Made by a program: the position numbers and the translations under genes. Shown here in pieces: positions 7,969 to 17,107 of a DNA stretch of 26,159 nt (within the stretch, counting starts at the first letter, position 1; every line of letters starts with the position of its first letter). Under the pieces are notes generated by a model, which was given only the letters and a program-made list of their open reading frames with translations, was not told the origin of the DNA and ran no database searches. The stretch comes from Candidatus Undinarchaeales archaeon. Lineage in GTDB: Archaea > SpSt-1190 > JASMDC01. Where the stretch lies: positions 1-26,159 of the forward strand of contig JASMDC010000049.1 in assembly GCA_030753015.1 (NCBI GenBank). The letters run 5' to 3'.

Positions 7969-9201
7969 TCACACCTCGTACCGCAGGATGGCGGCGATGC
8001 CGCCAAGCTCGTACAGCTGCACACCCTCGGACGTGTCCGTGGAGATAATCTCCAGTGTACCGCCCGTCGCCTCGGCCAGGTCGGTCATGTCCTCGACGAG
8101 CGTGACCTCCTCGATCTTCGCCAGACGAGAGGCGTCGCACTTGGGGCAGTTCTGGCTCGCGAGCTTCTCATCGAAGGCCTTGGGGTCCTTGACCGTTCCC
8201 TTGTAGTTGAACTTGCAGAGGCCGCACTCGACGGTCACCCGGTTCCACTGCAATTTCTCGGAGAAGAGCACGATCTCGACCGCCTTCGCCTCGAGCGCAC
8301 GCCGGACCTCGGCCTCGCCGTAGGTGACCGGCTGGCCCGTTCCCAGTCGCTCGAGGAACCGATACATCAGGTGCTTCTCATGGGTGACCTCAGCCTCGGC
8401 GAGCACGTCCTCGCTGCGCTCGACCAGCTCCTTGATACCGAAATCGCCGGTGTAGGATGTGTCCTTGACAGCGAGCACCTTCGTCCTGACCTCCGGACTG
8501 AGGAAATCACCGTCCATCCAACTCTCCTTCGTCGGTCCGGGCCCACCGATGATGATCCCCTTGATGTCCTTGATGTTGGCGAACACCTCGTTGGCCGCCA
8601 CTCCCACGCGCTTGTAGAAGTCTTTGGCGAGGCCCTCGCGGGCGCGCTCGAAGCGGGCAGCGGACTGACCGCCGGCCCGGAACTTGCCCGGGACCATGGA
8701 CTTCACGTCGCGGATGATATCGATACGCTTGCCTTTGAGGAACGCGATGGTGGCCCCGCCACGGTCGAGGACCAGGAGGCCGTAGGTGTCCATGAACTGG
8801 AGCATCTCGAACAGTGGCGCAAGGATGAAACGCTGGCTGCACCGGTAGAGCTTGTTGGTGATGGGGAAGGGTGGGATCACGGGGAAGAGCTGGATGTCCT
8901 GCATCCCCTCGCGTTCGGAGATGTTGCCGCAGAACACTGCCATCCCATGCTCGGGCGCCCTCGGATGGAGCCTGAGATGCTGGACGATGCGCTCCAAGGC
9001 GGACACCACGTTCTTGCGCGTGGTCTTCGACTTGATGTTCGTGGCAGTCCCCTGCTCCTGCTTCAGTTCGTTGGAGATCTTGGATATCTCGTACCCTGGC
9101 GGGATGTACACAGTCACGAGCTCGGTGCCCCTGCCGTGCATGTCCTTGAGCTTGTTGAGCACAGCACGGAACCGCAGAAGCTCCTTCTGATCGACCTTGA
9201 T
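7969..9201 (-). CDS. prf1: Peptide chain release factor aRF1
   Basis: GRGTELV, NIKS, YRCxxxF and GGQS motifs, plus a CGLC...CPKC zinc mini-domain and GGIAAILRY. The frame stays open and aRF1-like upstream of GTG 9162 to an ATC at 9201 with a GGAGGG SD; the start position is an inference. Confidence 0.97.
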   Translation of the reverse strand: MKVDQKELLRFRAVLNKLKDMHGRGTELVTVYIPPGYEISKISNELKQEQGTATNIKSKTTRKNVVSALERIVQHLRLHPRAPEHGMAVFCGNISEREGMQDIQLFPVIPPFPITNKLYRCSQRFILAPLFEMLQFMDTYGLLVLDRGGATIAFLKGKRIDIIRDVKSMVPGKFRAGGQSAARFERAREGLAKDFYKRVGVAANEVFANIKDIKGIIIGGPGPTKESWMDGDFLSPEVRTKVLAVKDTSYTGDFGIKELVERSEDVLAEAEVTHEKHLMYRFLERLGTGQPVTYGEAEVRRALEAKAVEIVLFSEKLQWNRVTVECGLCKFNYKGTVKDPKAFDEKLASQNCPKCDASRLAKIEEVTLVEDMTDLAEATGGTLEIISTDTSEGVQLYELGGIAAILRYEV

Positions 9202-9208
9202 CGCAGAA

Positions 9209-9246
9209 CCCTCCGGGCCAGCCCTTGCCCGTCAACCTTATAAATC
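9209..9246 (-). promoter_or_regulatory. aRF1 promoter (TTTATAAG) and SD (GGAGGG)
   Basis: Plus-strand cttataaa at 9237-9244 and ccctcc at 9209-9214. Confidence 0.65.
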
Positions 9247-9311
9247 GTTGGCTTGGGCCGGGCCCGCGCACATAAGTAAGGCTTATGTATTTTTACACAG
9301 AGGCCCTGACC

Positions 9312-9515
9312 ATGTCCAAGCTCAAAGGCGTGTTCGACGCTCTCTTCGCCATGGCGGTCACCGTAACGGTCCTCGACTGCATGGACAGGATCGCGGCGCT
9401 CACCGACAGCCTCGAGGCACGGGAGAAGCAGATGAAGATGCTCTCCATCCACGACGAGATTCTCCAGAAGCGGAGCGCCGATATGGCCACCCGTCTAGAG
9501 AAGCTCGAGAAGTAG
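9312..9515 (+). CDS. Small hypothetical coiled-coil protein
   Basis: 67 aa, hydrophobic N-terminus then heptad-like LTDSLEAREKQM...LEKLEK. Host-like codon usage. Confidence 0.6.
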   Translation: MSKLKGVFDALFAMAVTVTVLDCMDRIAALTDSLEAREKQMKMLSIHDEILQKRSADMATRLEKLEK

Positions 9516-9586
9516 TCCAACAGGCACCACTTCATCTCTCCGGCCTGCCCGACCGACATAAAAAGCTTAGCTACGTGTCAGGTCCC

Positions 9587-9913
9587 ATGGCACCGCCGCT
9601 CACTCCTGAGATCGTCCTCCCGCTCGTGCTCCTCGTAGCCGGGCTCGGCATCACCATCGCTGCTAAGACTCTTGAAGGCCTCGCCGGGACCCTGTCGACC
9701 GTCCTGACCTTCATCGGCATCGCCCTTGCGGGAGCTGCTGCCGCGAAGGTCGTCCCTCCTGTGGGATTCATTGCAGGGGTCATCAGCATCGCCGTGGGTC
9801 TTGGCATCAAGTTCTTCGTGAAGGCCAACCTGTGGGCCGTCCGCATCGCGGGCATGGGGCTCATGGGTGTCGGTATCGCCCTCCTGGCGCGCACCGGGCT
9901 CCCCATCCCCTAG
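9587..9913 (+). CDS. Small multi-pass membrane protein
   Basis: 108 aa, about four Gly/Ala-rich hydrophobic helices. Confidence 0.7.
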   Translation: MAPPLTPEIVLPLVLLVAGLGITIAAKTLEGLAGTLSTVLTFIGIALAGAAAAKVVPPVGFIAGVISIAVGLGIKFFVKANLWAVRIAGMGLMGVGIALLARTGLPIP

Positions 9914-9923
9914 GGTTGCGACC

Positions 9924-11870
9924 GTGTACGCGATCCTCCTTGGACTGGCCGGGACCTGCGCCCTGGGTGCTGCAGTCACCGGTTCGGGCGTGCTCTGGAC
10001 GTGGTCCGCGCTCTCCTTCCTCCTGGCGACGTTCGTGCTGGCCGCCCTCCGCATCACTGGCGAGGATGATCCTGTGTCGCTCCTGGTCCACGCGTTCGCG
10101 CTGATGCTGGCAGTGGTCCCGGTGTTCCTTGCCTCTCCGGTGTTCCTCGTCCTCATCGCCCTCCTCCTCACGCCAATTCTCGCCAGCGACCGGCCGAGGA
10201 GCAAGGACCGGCAGGCGTACGGCTCGCTCGTCGTCATCCTCGTAGTGACGCTGATGATCGGGGCCCACTCGCTGAGGAGCTTCACCCCCATCGTCTCCGG
10301 TGACGACCACTCGATGTGTAGTGTGGTAGGCCAGGGCAACAGGCCCTGCACCGACGCTGACGCGGGCATGCTCCGAGTGAGCTCCTGGATGACCTTCTAC
10401 CACCCCGACATCCTCTACTACCTGGGCATCGTCTCCCAGATGGCCGCTTCAGGCCAGCGCACATACACCCATCCCCAGTTCGGCGGCAGGACCATCCCCT
10501 ACCCGCCGAGCTACTTCGCATTCTACGCGACATTCTCCCGGTTCGACATCCCCGTCCAGGACGTAGCCCGGGCGCTGCCCCCGGTGTTCACCTTCATGGT
10601 GCTCGCCTCGCTCCTTTACTGTTTCACACTCTTCACGGGCCGTCGCGACCAGGCGCTCCTCGCCACCCTGCTGTCCCTGGGCACCTTCGTGACGCGCACA
10701 GCATGGGACAACATCTACAGCTACTACCCCTACCTCCACTGGTTCAAGGGAACACCCCTCGGTGTCGAGGCCATGTTCATGACTCCACAGCAGGCAGGAT
10801 TGTTCCTCATACCCCTGTGCGTTGTGCTCTTTCAGCGGACGTTCCGCGACCGGACGCTGACGTCGGCCGTACTGCTGGGACTCTTTACGGGTACCCTCCT
10901 CAACTATCACGTGCTCTCGGCGCTCCTCATGACCGTTGCCCTACTTCCATCCGCCATTTACAAGGTGTACCGGGGGCGGCCCGTGAGCGGGCTGGTCGTG
11001 GCGGTCGTTGTGGCGTCACTGGTGGCGTACACCTACCTGGCACAGGTCGGCCCCTCGTCGTCGAGCTTCATCGAGCGCCGGCGGTGGTACTCGAAGCAGC
11101 CCAGCGAATATCTCCAGCAGTACGGTATCGCGGGTGTGCTGGCCATCCTGGGCCTACCCGGCTGGTGGCGGCACCGCCGCGCTCTCGAGGAGCAGGCCCA
11201 TCTCCGCCCCGATGGCACCATGGTGGCACCTGCGCTGTCCGGGGGGACGTTCCTACTCTGGATGCTGGGCTCGCTCGTCTTCATCAACGCCTTCACCCTC
11301 ACGCACACCCACGACATCGACCGGGTGATGACCCTCCTGTGCATTCCCATCGGATTCTTCGCCTCGTTCTCCCTCTACGACTGGTCCTCACGACACAAAC
11401 GGGCGGCGCGAACGGCCGTCCCCCTGGTGCTGGTCCTCAACGCGCTGGTGCTCCTCAAGATCGCCCACGTGCTGTCGGTGATGCACGCGGCCCATCCACC
11501 CGTGGACGAGATGTGCGGGCTGCTCACCGGTAGGCTGGAGCCAGGTGCCACCGTGCTCGTCGCGAACGAGGAACATGCCCGGGGTCACGAACTCGTGACC
11601 GCCCTGTGCGGATTCCCGGCCTGGGCGGGGAACGAGCATCTGGCACGCACGTGGGGGCTCGTCTGGAGCGAGCGCATGAAGCTCTATGACCGGGTGCTCG
11701 AGGATCCCTGGGAGCACTGTGACTACGCTCATGCCGAGGGTATCGCCGCCTTCGTGCTCCCGCCCGAGCTGTGGCCCGGAGAGGGCATGGAGGTGTGGCA
11801 CGTCACCGAGCACTACGTCGTGGGCGACTGCATCGAGGTCGAGGAATCCGCCGGGCCACCAGCCTTTTAA
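9924..11870 (+). CDS. Polytopic membrane protein, probable GT-C-fold glycosyltransferase
   Basis: Many TM segments. Loop DILYYLGIVSQM...PQFGGRTIPYPPSY resembles the archaeal GT-C D...G...YPP motif. C-terminal soluble domain. Start uncertain. Confidence 0.6.
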   Translation: MYAILLGLAGTCALGAAVTGSGVLWTWSALSFLLATFVLAALRITGEDDPVSLLVHAFALMLAVVPVFLASPVFLVLIALLLTPILASDRPRSKDRQAYGSLVVILVVTLMIGAHSLRSFTPIVSGDDHSMCSVVGQGNRPCTDADAGMLRVSSWMTFYHPDILYYLGIVSQMAASGQRTYTHPQFGGRTIPYPPSYFAFYATFSRFDIPVQDVARALPPVFTFMVLASLLYCFTLFTGRRDQALLATLLSLGTFVTRTAWDNIYSYYPYLHWFKGTPLGVEAMFMTPQQAGLFLIPLCVVLFQRTFRDRTLTSAVLLGLFTGTLLNYHVLSALLMTVALLPSAIYKVYRGRPVSGLVVAVVVASLVAYTYLAQVGPSSSSFIERRRWYSKQPSEYLQQYGIAGVLAILGLPGWWRHRRALEEQAHLRPDGTMVAPALSGGTFLLWMLGSLVFINAFTLTHTHDIDRVMTLLCIPIGFFASFSLYDWSSRHKRAARTAVPLVLVLNALVLLKIAHVLSVMHAAHPPVDEMCGLLTGRLEPGATVLVANEEHARGHELVTALCGFPAWAGNEHLARTWGLVWSERMKLYDRVLEDPWEHCDYAHAEGIAAFVLPPELWPGEGMEVWHVTEHYVVGDCIEVEESAGPPAF

Positions 11871-11894
11871 TGCTTGGCGTGCCATGGACGTCCC

Positions 11895-13007
11895 ATGGAT
11901 GACAGCTCGTCGACCACAACCCTCACATCCTCGTCCTTCGGCCAGCGGCTCGTTGGGCTGTTCCTCGTGGGGTTCTCCTCGATCTTCTTCATCGTGGGCA
12001 TCGGCGCCGCGCTGTTCGCCGAGGACGGACCTCCGGTCTTCTTCCTCATACCCTTCCTCGCCGTCCCCGGGCTGTTCATGCTCATCGGGCTCTACCTCCT
12101 GCTCTCGACCGACGAGGTCATCGTCGATCGTGGTCGGAGCGAGGTACATATAGTCTCCCGGATCCCGCTCTACACACTCAGCGACGAGCGGGTACGGTTC
12201 GGCCTCATCCAGGGCATCACCATCCAGCGGGAGATCCGAGTCCACCACTCGAACAAGGGTAGCAGCAGCCGATACGAAGTATGGGTGCTCTATCTCCAGC
12301 TCGCCTCAGGTGAGAAGAAGAAGCTGTCCGAGTCCTCCAGCGAGGTCGAGGTCCGGGGCCGGTCCGAGGCGCTGGCCAAGGCCACCCATCGGCCTATTAT
12401 AGATAACTGCACGAGCCCGCCCACTATCCGCCAGCCCAATGAACTGGACATCCCCGCGTCAGATAGCCTCAGACGGGAGGACTTCGAGCGGGTGTACCAG
12501 CTCCCCCAGGGCCACCCCGTGGCCGAGACGCACCTGGCCGAGGCCGTCGTGTTCACGTGGTCCATGCGGAATCCAGCGATCGGTGCGTTCCTGCTGATCT
12601 TCGCGATCTTCTGGCTGGGCGGTATCGTCTCCGGCCCGGGTGCCGGGATCGCGATCGCGCTGAATGCAGGTACGGTGTTCGCAGCGTTCTTCGCCGTGTT
12701 CATGCTCCCGTTCCTCGCCGCGGGCCTGCTCGTGCTGGGCATGGCCCTGCTCATGTTCGCCGGCGAGCAGGTGCTGGAGGTGTCGCCACGGGCGGTGAGC
12801 CTCACTACGCGTCTCTATGTCCCCATCCGCACGAGGACCGTCGCCACCAACGCCATCGAGGAGGTACGGAAGGTCAAGCGCATGGGAGGTCCTGCGGTCG
12901 AGCTCGTGTCCGACGAGGAGGTGCTCACCCTCCAGGGGATGGGGAGCATCAAGGACGTGACGGTCATGGATGACCGGATCAAGACGGCACTGGTGTACCG
13001 GCGGTAG
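11895..13007 (+). CDS. Hypothetical membrane protein (two TM-hairpin + beta-domain units)
   Basis: Two FLxxF...PFLAxG hairpins, each followed by a beta-rich soluble segment. Confidence 0.7.
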   Translation: MDDSSSTTTLTSSSFGQRLVGLFLVGFSSIFFIVGIGAALFAEDGPPVFFLIPFLAVPGLFMLIGLYLLLSTDEVIVDRGRSEVHIVSRIPLYTLSDERVRFGLIQGITIQREIRVHHSNKGSSSRYEVWVLYLQLASGEKKKLSESSSEVEVRGRSEALAKATHRPIIDNCTSPPTIRQPNELDIPASDSLRREDFERVYQLPQGHPVAETHLAEAVVFTWSMRNPAIGAFLLIFAIFWLGGIVSGPGAGIAIALNAGTVFAAFFAVFMLPFLAAGLLVLGMALLMFAGEQVLEVSPRAVSLTTRLYVPIRTRTVATNAIEEVRKVKRMGGPAVELVSDEEVLTLQGMGSIKDVTVMDDRIKTALVYRR

Positions 13008-13034
13008 TGGCTCTGCTGGAAAAGGCCTCCGCCC

Positions 13035-13682
13035 TCAGGCCGGACCGGCACCGGAGAGCTGTCCTTTTACCCACTCACCGAAAGATCGCCCGAACGCCAC
13101 GGCATCATCCCGCCGCGCCTCGACCTCATCGTCCTTCACCCATAGCTCACGGTCGAACGTGGCCAGACGGGCGTCTCCGAGCTTGCGGGTGATGATGCCG
13201 TCCTCGCCCTTCAGCTCCCAGCCGAAGGTCCCGAATCCACCGGCAGGCCGATTTGCCAGGGCGATGATGCGCAAACTCTCGAGCAGCCCCTTGATCGCCT
13301 CGGAGACGTTCTCGAACTGGCTGGGCGAGCCCAGGAGCACGGCATCGGCGAGGAGCACCTCGGGAATCGCCTCTCCAGAGGCCTCCAGCACCGCCACCGA
13401 GCACTCTGCCTGACGGACACCCTCAGCGATGGCCTTGGCCAGCGTGGCCGTTCGCCCGCTCACGCTGTCGTACATGACCAGTACACGTGGTTTTCCTGTC
13501 CGCGAATGCTCCAGGGTGACAGCGTACTTCAGGCACGCCCGGACGCATTCCTCGCACTCAGTGCAGTCCGCGGGCCGCATGACGACACCCTTACCGTCAA
13601 TGAAGTCGAACACATTAGCAGGACACACGGAAACGCAGGTACCCGCTCCCGTGCATCGCCGGTAATCTATCCTCGGGGGCAT
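13035..13682 (-). CDS. Ferredoxin-flavodoxin fusion protein
   Basis: CTGAGTCVSVCP and CTECEECVRAC Fe-S motifs, followed by flavodoxin YDSVSGRT, LGSPS and FGTFGW. Confidence 0.88.
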   Translation of the reverse strand: MPPRIDYRRCTGAGTCVSVCPANVFDFIDGKGVVMRPADCTECEECVRACLKYAVTLEHSRTGKPRVLVMYDSVSGRTATLAKAIAEGVRQAECSVAVLEASGEAIPEVLLADAVLLGSPSQFENVSEAIKGLLESLRIIALANRPAGGFGTFGWELKGEDGIITRKLGDARLATFDRELWVKDDEVEARRDDAVAFGRSFGEWVKGQLSGAGPA

Positions 13683-13765
13683 CGATCTGCCGATGGATGG
13701 GAACTGATAAAAGCCTGTGCCCTCGCTTCCACGCACGTGCAAAGTCCGGACGGAACTCCGCCATA

Positions 13766-13794
13766 TGACTCGGGTTCAAATCCCGACCAGGGGA
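13766..13794 (+). pseudogene. tRNA 3'-end fragment (Asp/Glu-like T-arm and acceptor strand)
   Basis: TGAC-TCGGG-TTCAAAT-CCCGA-CCAGGGG-A has a perfect T-stem/loop, a 7-nt acceptor strand and a discriminator, then TCA and a T tract. No complementary 5' acceptor strand was found upstream. Confidence 0.7.
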
Positions 13795-13810
13795 TCATTT
13801 TTATATTAAA

Positions 13811-15911
13811 CCCACCTTCTCCAATCTAACTCCTGACGACCTTGCTCGCGCCACGTAACTGATCGTGTAATAGCTCCCCCGCTACTGATTTCCCTCTGGA
13901 GTTTGTGGAATCCCCCCCAATAGTTTCCGTCCCGACTTTTTCAAAAAGAGAACACTTAAATAAGATAACTAGATAACATTCATTGGGTGCTCAGAACGTC
14001 CCGACCAAGATCGAAGCTCAACTGGTTTCTCAAGAAGCAGACCCGAACGAAGAAGGGCGACACGCGATACGACTACTACAGCATCGTCGAGCCATACTAC
14101 GAGGACGGGAAGAATAAGCACAGGGTAGTATTCCGGCTCGGGCGATTGATGCCTCAGCAGGCACTTCTCGTCAGGAGCCTGCTCAATGCTGCGAAATCCG
14201 GGGATGACGTGCTCTGTCTGAACATCAAGGACATACTTTTCGAGGACCACTGGAGGTATCTGGACGTCGCCTTCCTCAACCACCTCTGGGACGAGTGGGG
14301 GCTATCGAAGGTGTTCCCGTCGCCCGAGGAAACGAGCAGCAGGAGGGGGAAGGACATCGCGACCGCCGACGTCGCGAAGGCACTGACCTTCTACCGGTGC
14401 CTGGAGCCGGGGAGCTACCTCTCGTCGGCGGGGTGGTTCGAGGGGACGGCATGCGACCGCATCCTCGGCATAGACGGCTCACACTTCAACGACTCCAGGG
14501 TGTACCGGGAGCTGACGGTGATCGACGGGCTCAAGGAGAAGCTGGAGACGTACCTCTACACCACGCTGAGGGACAGGGACGAGGAGAGCTTCAAGGTAAT
14601 CTTCTACGACCTTTCCGACTCGTACTTCGAGGGGACCAAGTGCAAGCTCGCGAAACCGGGGATCACCAAGGCCAACGGCTTCAAGAGCAGGAAGATCGTC
14701 CTCTCCCTCCTCGTCAACTCGATGGGCTACCCCTTCTCGTGGGAGATCCTCCAAGACTACACCTCGGACGTCAAGACGCTCACGGCCAACGCTGACCGGT
14801 GGAAGCAACGGTTCGATCTCCCAAAGATCATCTCGGTGTTCGATCGCGGGATGGTGTCCGACGAGAACCTCAAGCACCTGGAGGAGAGCGAAACCTACCT
14901 GTACATCACCGCCCTCGACAAGGACCAGGTCGCCGGCGTGCCCGGCGTCCGTCTGGACCGGTTCAAGGACCTCACTGTGGAGAATGTCGAGAAGAAGGTC
15001 GGCCGCTCACGGTTCCTCACCAAGTACGACGACTGTGCGTACTACGAGGATCTTGGTACGGCCGAAGGATCGGTCAGGCGTCACATCCTGGGGTTCAACC
15101 CCGAGCTCTTCAAGGACCAGAGGAAGCAGCGCGAGGAGCAGATCAAGAAGGCACTGGACTGCCTGAAGGAGGAAGGGGCGGCGCTGCTGAAGGCGAAGAA
15201 GAGCAGACAGAAGAAGCCGACTGAGCAACGGATCGACCGCAAGCTCAAGAAACTGAACGTGACGCGCTTCATCGGCTACGAGCTCAAGGAAATTGAGCTG
15301 GAGAGCGGGGTGCGGACCTTCGAGCTCAGCTACCGGAAGAAGACAAAGGCGATCGAGAAGGCCAAGTTGACCGACGGCCTCTGGGTACTCGTCACCAGCA
15401 TAACCGCGGATACGCAGCCGAGGGAGTTCAGGCTCGGGCCGGAGGAGATCATCAGGGCCTACCGCGACAAGAACCGCGTGGAGGAGGCGTTCAGGGAGCT
15501 GAAGTCGTTCATCAAGTTCAAGCCGACGTTCGTCTACACAATGGAGCACGTCAGGGCCCATTACACCATCTGCATACTCGCGTATCTCTTGGACGTGACG
15601 GTCACCAACAGGCTGCGCGAGGGCCCGATAGAGGGCATGACCAGTGTGAGGAAGGTGTACAAGCTCCTGGAGCGGATCAGATTGGGAGAGCTGAAACTTC
15701 GGGGCATGGATCGAACGGTGAGAAGGATCGTCACCCCGAGACCGATCGAAAAGGACGTGCTGAGATCATTCGGTTGTGAACACTTGCTGAAGAAGACGTA
15801 TCTTCGGTCGATACAGACCGACTGAGCGGTGAGAACGTGGTTTCAGTCCCGATATTTGAGAGGGGGTTCGTCTCCGTACCACCTTTTCGAGTTTAGACTG
15901 GAGAAGATGGG
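13811..15911 (+). mobile_element. Complete IS1634-family insertion sequence (2101 bp)
   Basis: TIRs 13811-13829 and 15893-15911 match at 17/19 positions. 6-bp direct repeat ATTAAA at 13805-13810 and 15912-15917. Single transposase ORF. Confidence 0.92.
13987..15825 (+). CDS. IS1634 family DDE transposase
   Basis: YDLSDSYFEG, FDRGMVS and VEEAFRELKS catalytic segments; HVRAHYTICILAY; N-terminal YYSIVEPYYEDGK. Confidence 0.92.
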   Translation: MLRTSRPRSKLNWFLKKQTRTKKGDTRYDYYSIVEPYYEDGKNKHRVVFRLGRLMPQQALLVRSLLNAAKSGDDVLCLNIKDILFEDHWRYLDVAFLNHLWDEWGLSKVFPSPEETSSRRGKDIATADVAKALTFYRCLEPGSYLSSAGWFEGTACDRILGIDGSHFNDSRVYRELTVIDGLKEKLETYLYTTLRDRDEESFKVIFYDLSDSYFEGTKCKLAKPGITKANGFKSRKIVLSLLVNSMGYPFSWEILQDYTSDVKTLTANADRWKQRFDLPKIISVFDRGMVSDENLKHLEESETYLYITALDKDQVAGVPGVRLDRFKDLTVENVEKKVGRSRFLTKYDDCAYYEDLGTAEGSVRRHILGFNPELFKDQRKQREEQIKKALDCLKEEGAALLKAKKSRQKKPTEQRIDRKLKKLNVTRFIGYELKEIELESGVRTFELSYRKKTKAIEKAKLTDGLWVLVTSITADTQPREFRLGPEEIIRAYRDKNRVEEAFRELKSFIKFKPTFVYTMEHVRAHYTICILAYLLDVTVTNRLREGPIEGMTSVRKVYKLLERIRLGELKLRGMDRTVRRIVTPRPIEKDVLRSFGCEHLLKKTYLRSIQTD

Positions 15912-16147
15912 ATTAAACCTATTAATGGTGCCCCGCGCAAGCACCGTGCTCAGGGATGGATGAGCGTGTTCGGTGCATCCTCGTCTCACCCGACTCGCAG
16001 ACATGTCCGATCCGATGGATGCGGTCAGAGCCAGCCGTCAGGGCCAATTGTGTTGCTTTTCGCTCATAGTCCATATTGACCTAAGAAACAGCACCGGTTG
16101 CAGGTACACAAGCTCACCTTTTAATGGTTTGAAAAAAAGTCGTTTGT

Positions 16148-17005
16148 GTGTTCAAGATCGGCCGCGTCAAGATCGATCCCCCTGTCATCTTTGCTCCGAT
16201 GGCGGGAGTTTCCGATATGGCCTTCCGCCTGATGTGCAAGGAGTACGGGGCAGGTCTGGTCGTCACGGAGATGATCAGCACAAACGCTCTTGAAAGGAAC
16301 AATGCGGCGATGCTGAAGCTTGCGGAAACGACGGACGAAGAAAGGCCGGTGGCGATCCAGCTCTTCGGCTCGAGGACTGAAGCCTTCGTCAAGTCCGCCA
16401 AACTCATCCAAAATCAATGCGACATCATAGACGTCAACGCTGGCTGCCCGGTGAGAAAGATCATGTCCCAAGGAGCCGGTTCGGCTCTCCTCAAGCGGCC
16501 GAAACACTTGGCTTCAATCGTCAAGTCTCTTGCCGAGTCTTCCAGCAGACCGGTCACGGTAAAGATGAGGACGGGACTTACGTATTCAAAAGCGGACCCG
16601 GTAAAGATCGCAAGGCACCTTGAAGAGGCGGGCGCCTCTGCCGTGACCCTTCACGCGAGGACGACAGCTCAGGGATACGCGGGCAAGGCTGACTGGGACG
16701 CGATACACAAGCTCAAAGAGTCGTTGTCGATCCCGGTGATTGGTAACGGTGACGTCCGGTCTCCCGAGGACGCGAAGAGGATGCTCGACGAGACCGGGTG
16801 CGACGCGGTGATGGTCGGACGGGCCGCGCTCGGAGACCCACAGATCTTCGAGCGGATCAAGATGTATCTCGAGAAAGGAGAGCTTCTCTCTCCGCCGACA
16901 GAAAAAGAGAAGGCAAAAACCTTCCTCAAGTATCAGCAGCTGCGTCGGAGCGTATCAGACGGAAACTTCACGACTCTGAGAGAGCAAGCAAGTCGTCTTT
17001 CTTAG
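16148..17005 (+). CDS. dusB: tRNA-dihydrouridine synthase (DusB-like), C-terminus possibly shortened
   Basis: APMAG, QLFG, DVNAGCP, GAGSALL, VTVKMR, HART, IGNGDV and MVGRAALGDP motifs. TATA-like TTTTAAT ~24 nt upstream. Confidence 0.88.
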   Translation: MFKIGRVKIDPPVIFAPMAGVSDMAFRLMCKEYGAGLVVTEMISTNALERNNAAMLKLAETTDEERPVAIQLFGSRTEAFVKSAKLIQNQCDIIDVNAGCPVRKIMSQGAGSALLKRPKHLASIVKSLAESSSRPVTVKMRTGLTYSKADPVKIARHLEEAGASAVTLHARTTAQGYAGKADWDAIHKLKESLSIPVIGNGDVRSPEDAKRMLDETGCDAVMVGRAALGDPQIFERIKMYLEKGELLSPPTEKEKAKTFLKYQQLRRSVSDGNFTTLREQASRLS

Positions 17006-17107
17006 TAGCAATCCTCGTTATGCAGGCATCATGACTATAGCGCCCCCCTGCTGCCGTTTTCCCGCTCATTTGCCCTCAAATGTGCGCTCAAATCCCGACC
17101 GGCGCAT

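Noticed and set aside
13720-13797. Complete tRNA gene
   Set aside because: No 5' acceptor strand, D-arm or convincing anticodon arm could be folded upstream of the T-arm.
15922-16075. Minus-strand fragment LALTAGSDRIHRIGHV resembling a PHP-domain GSDxH motif
   Set aside because: Too short, and the motif spacing is wrong; cannot be supported without a search.
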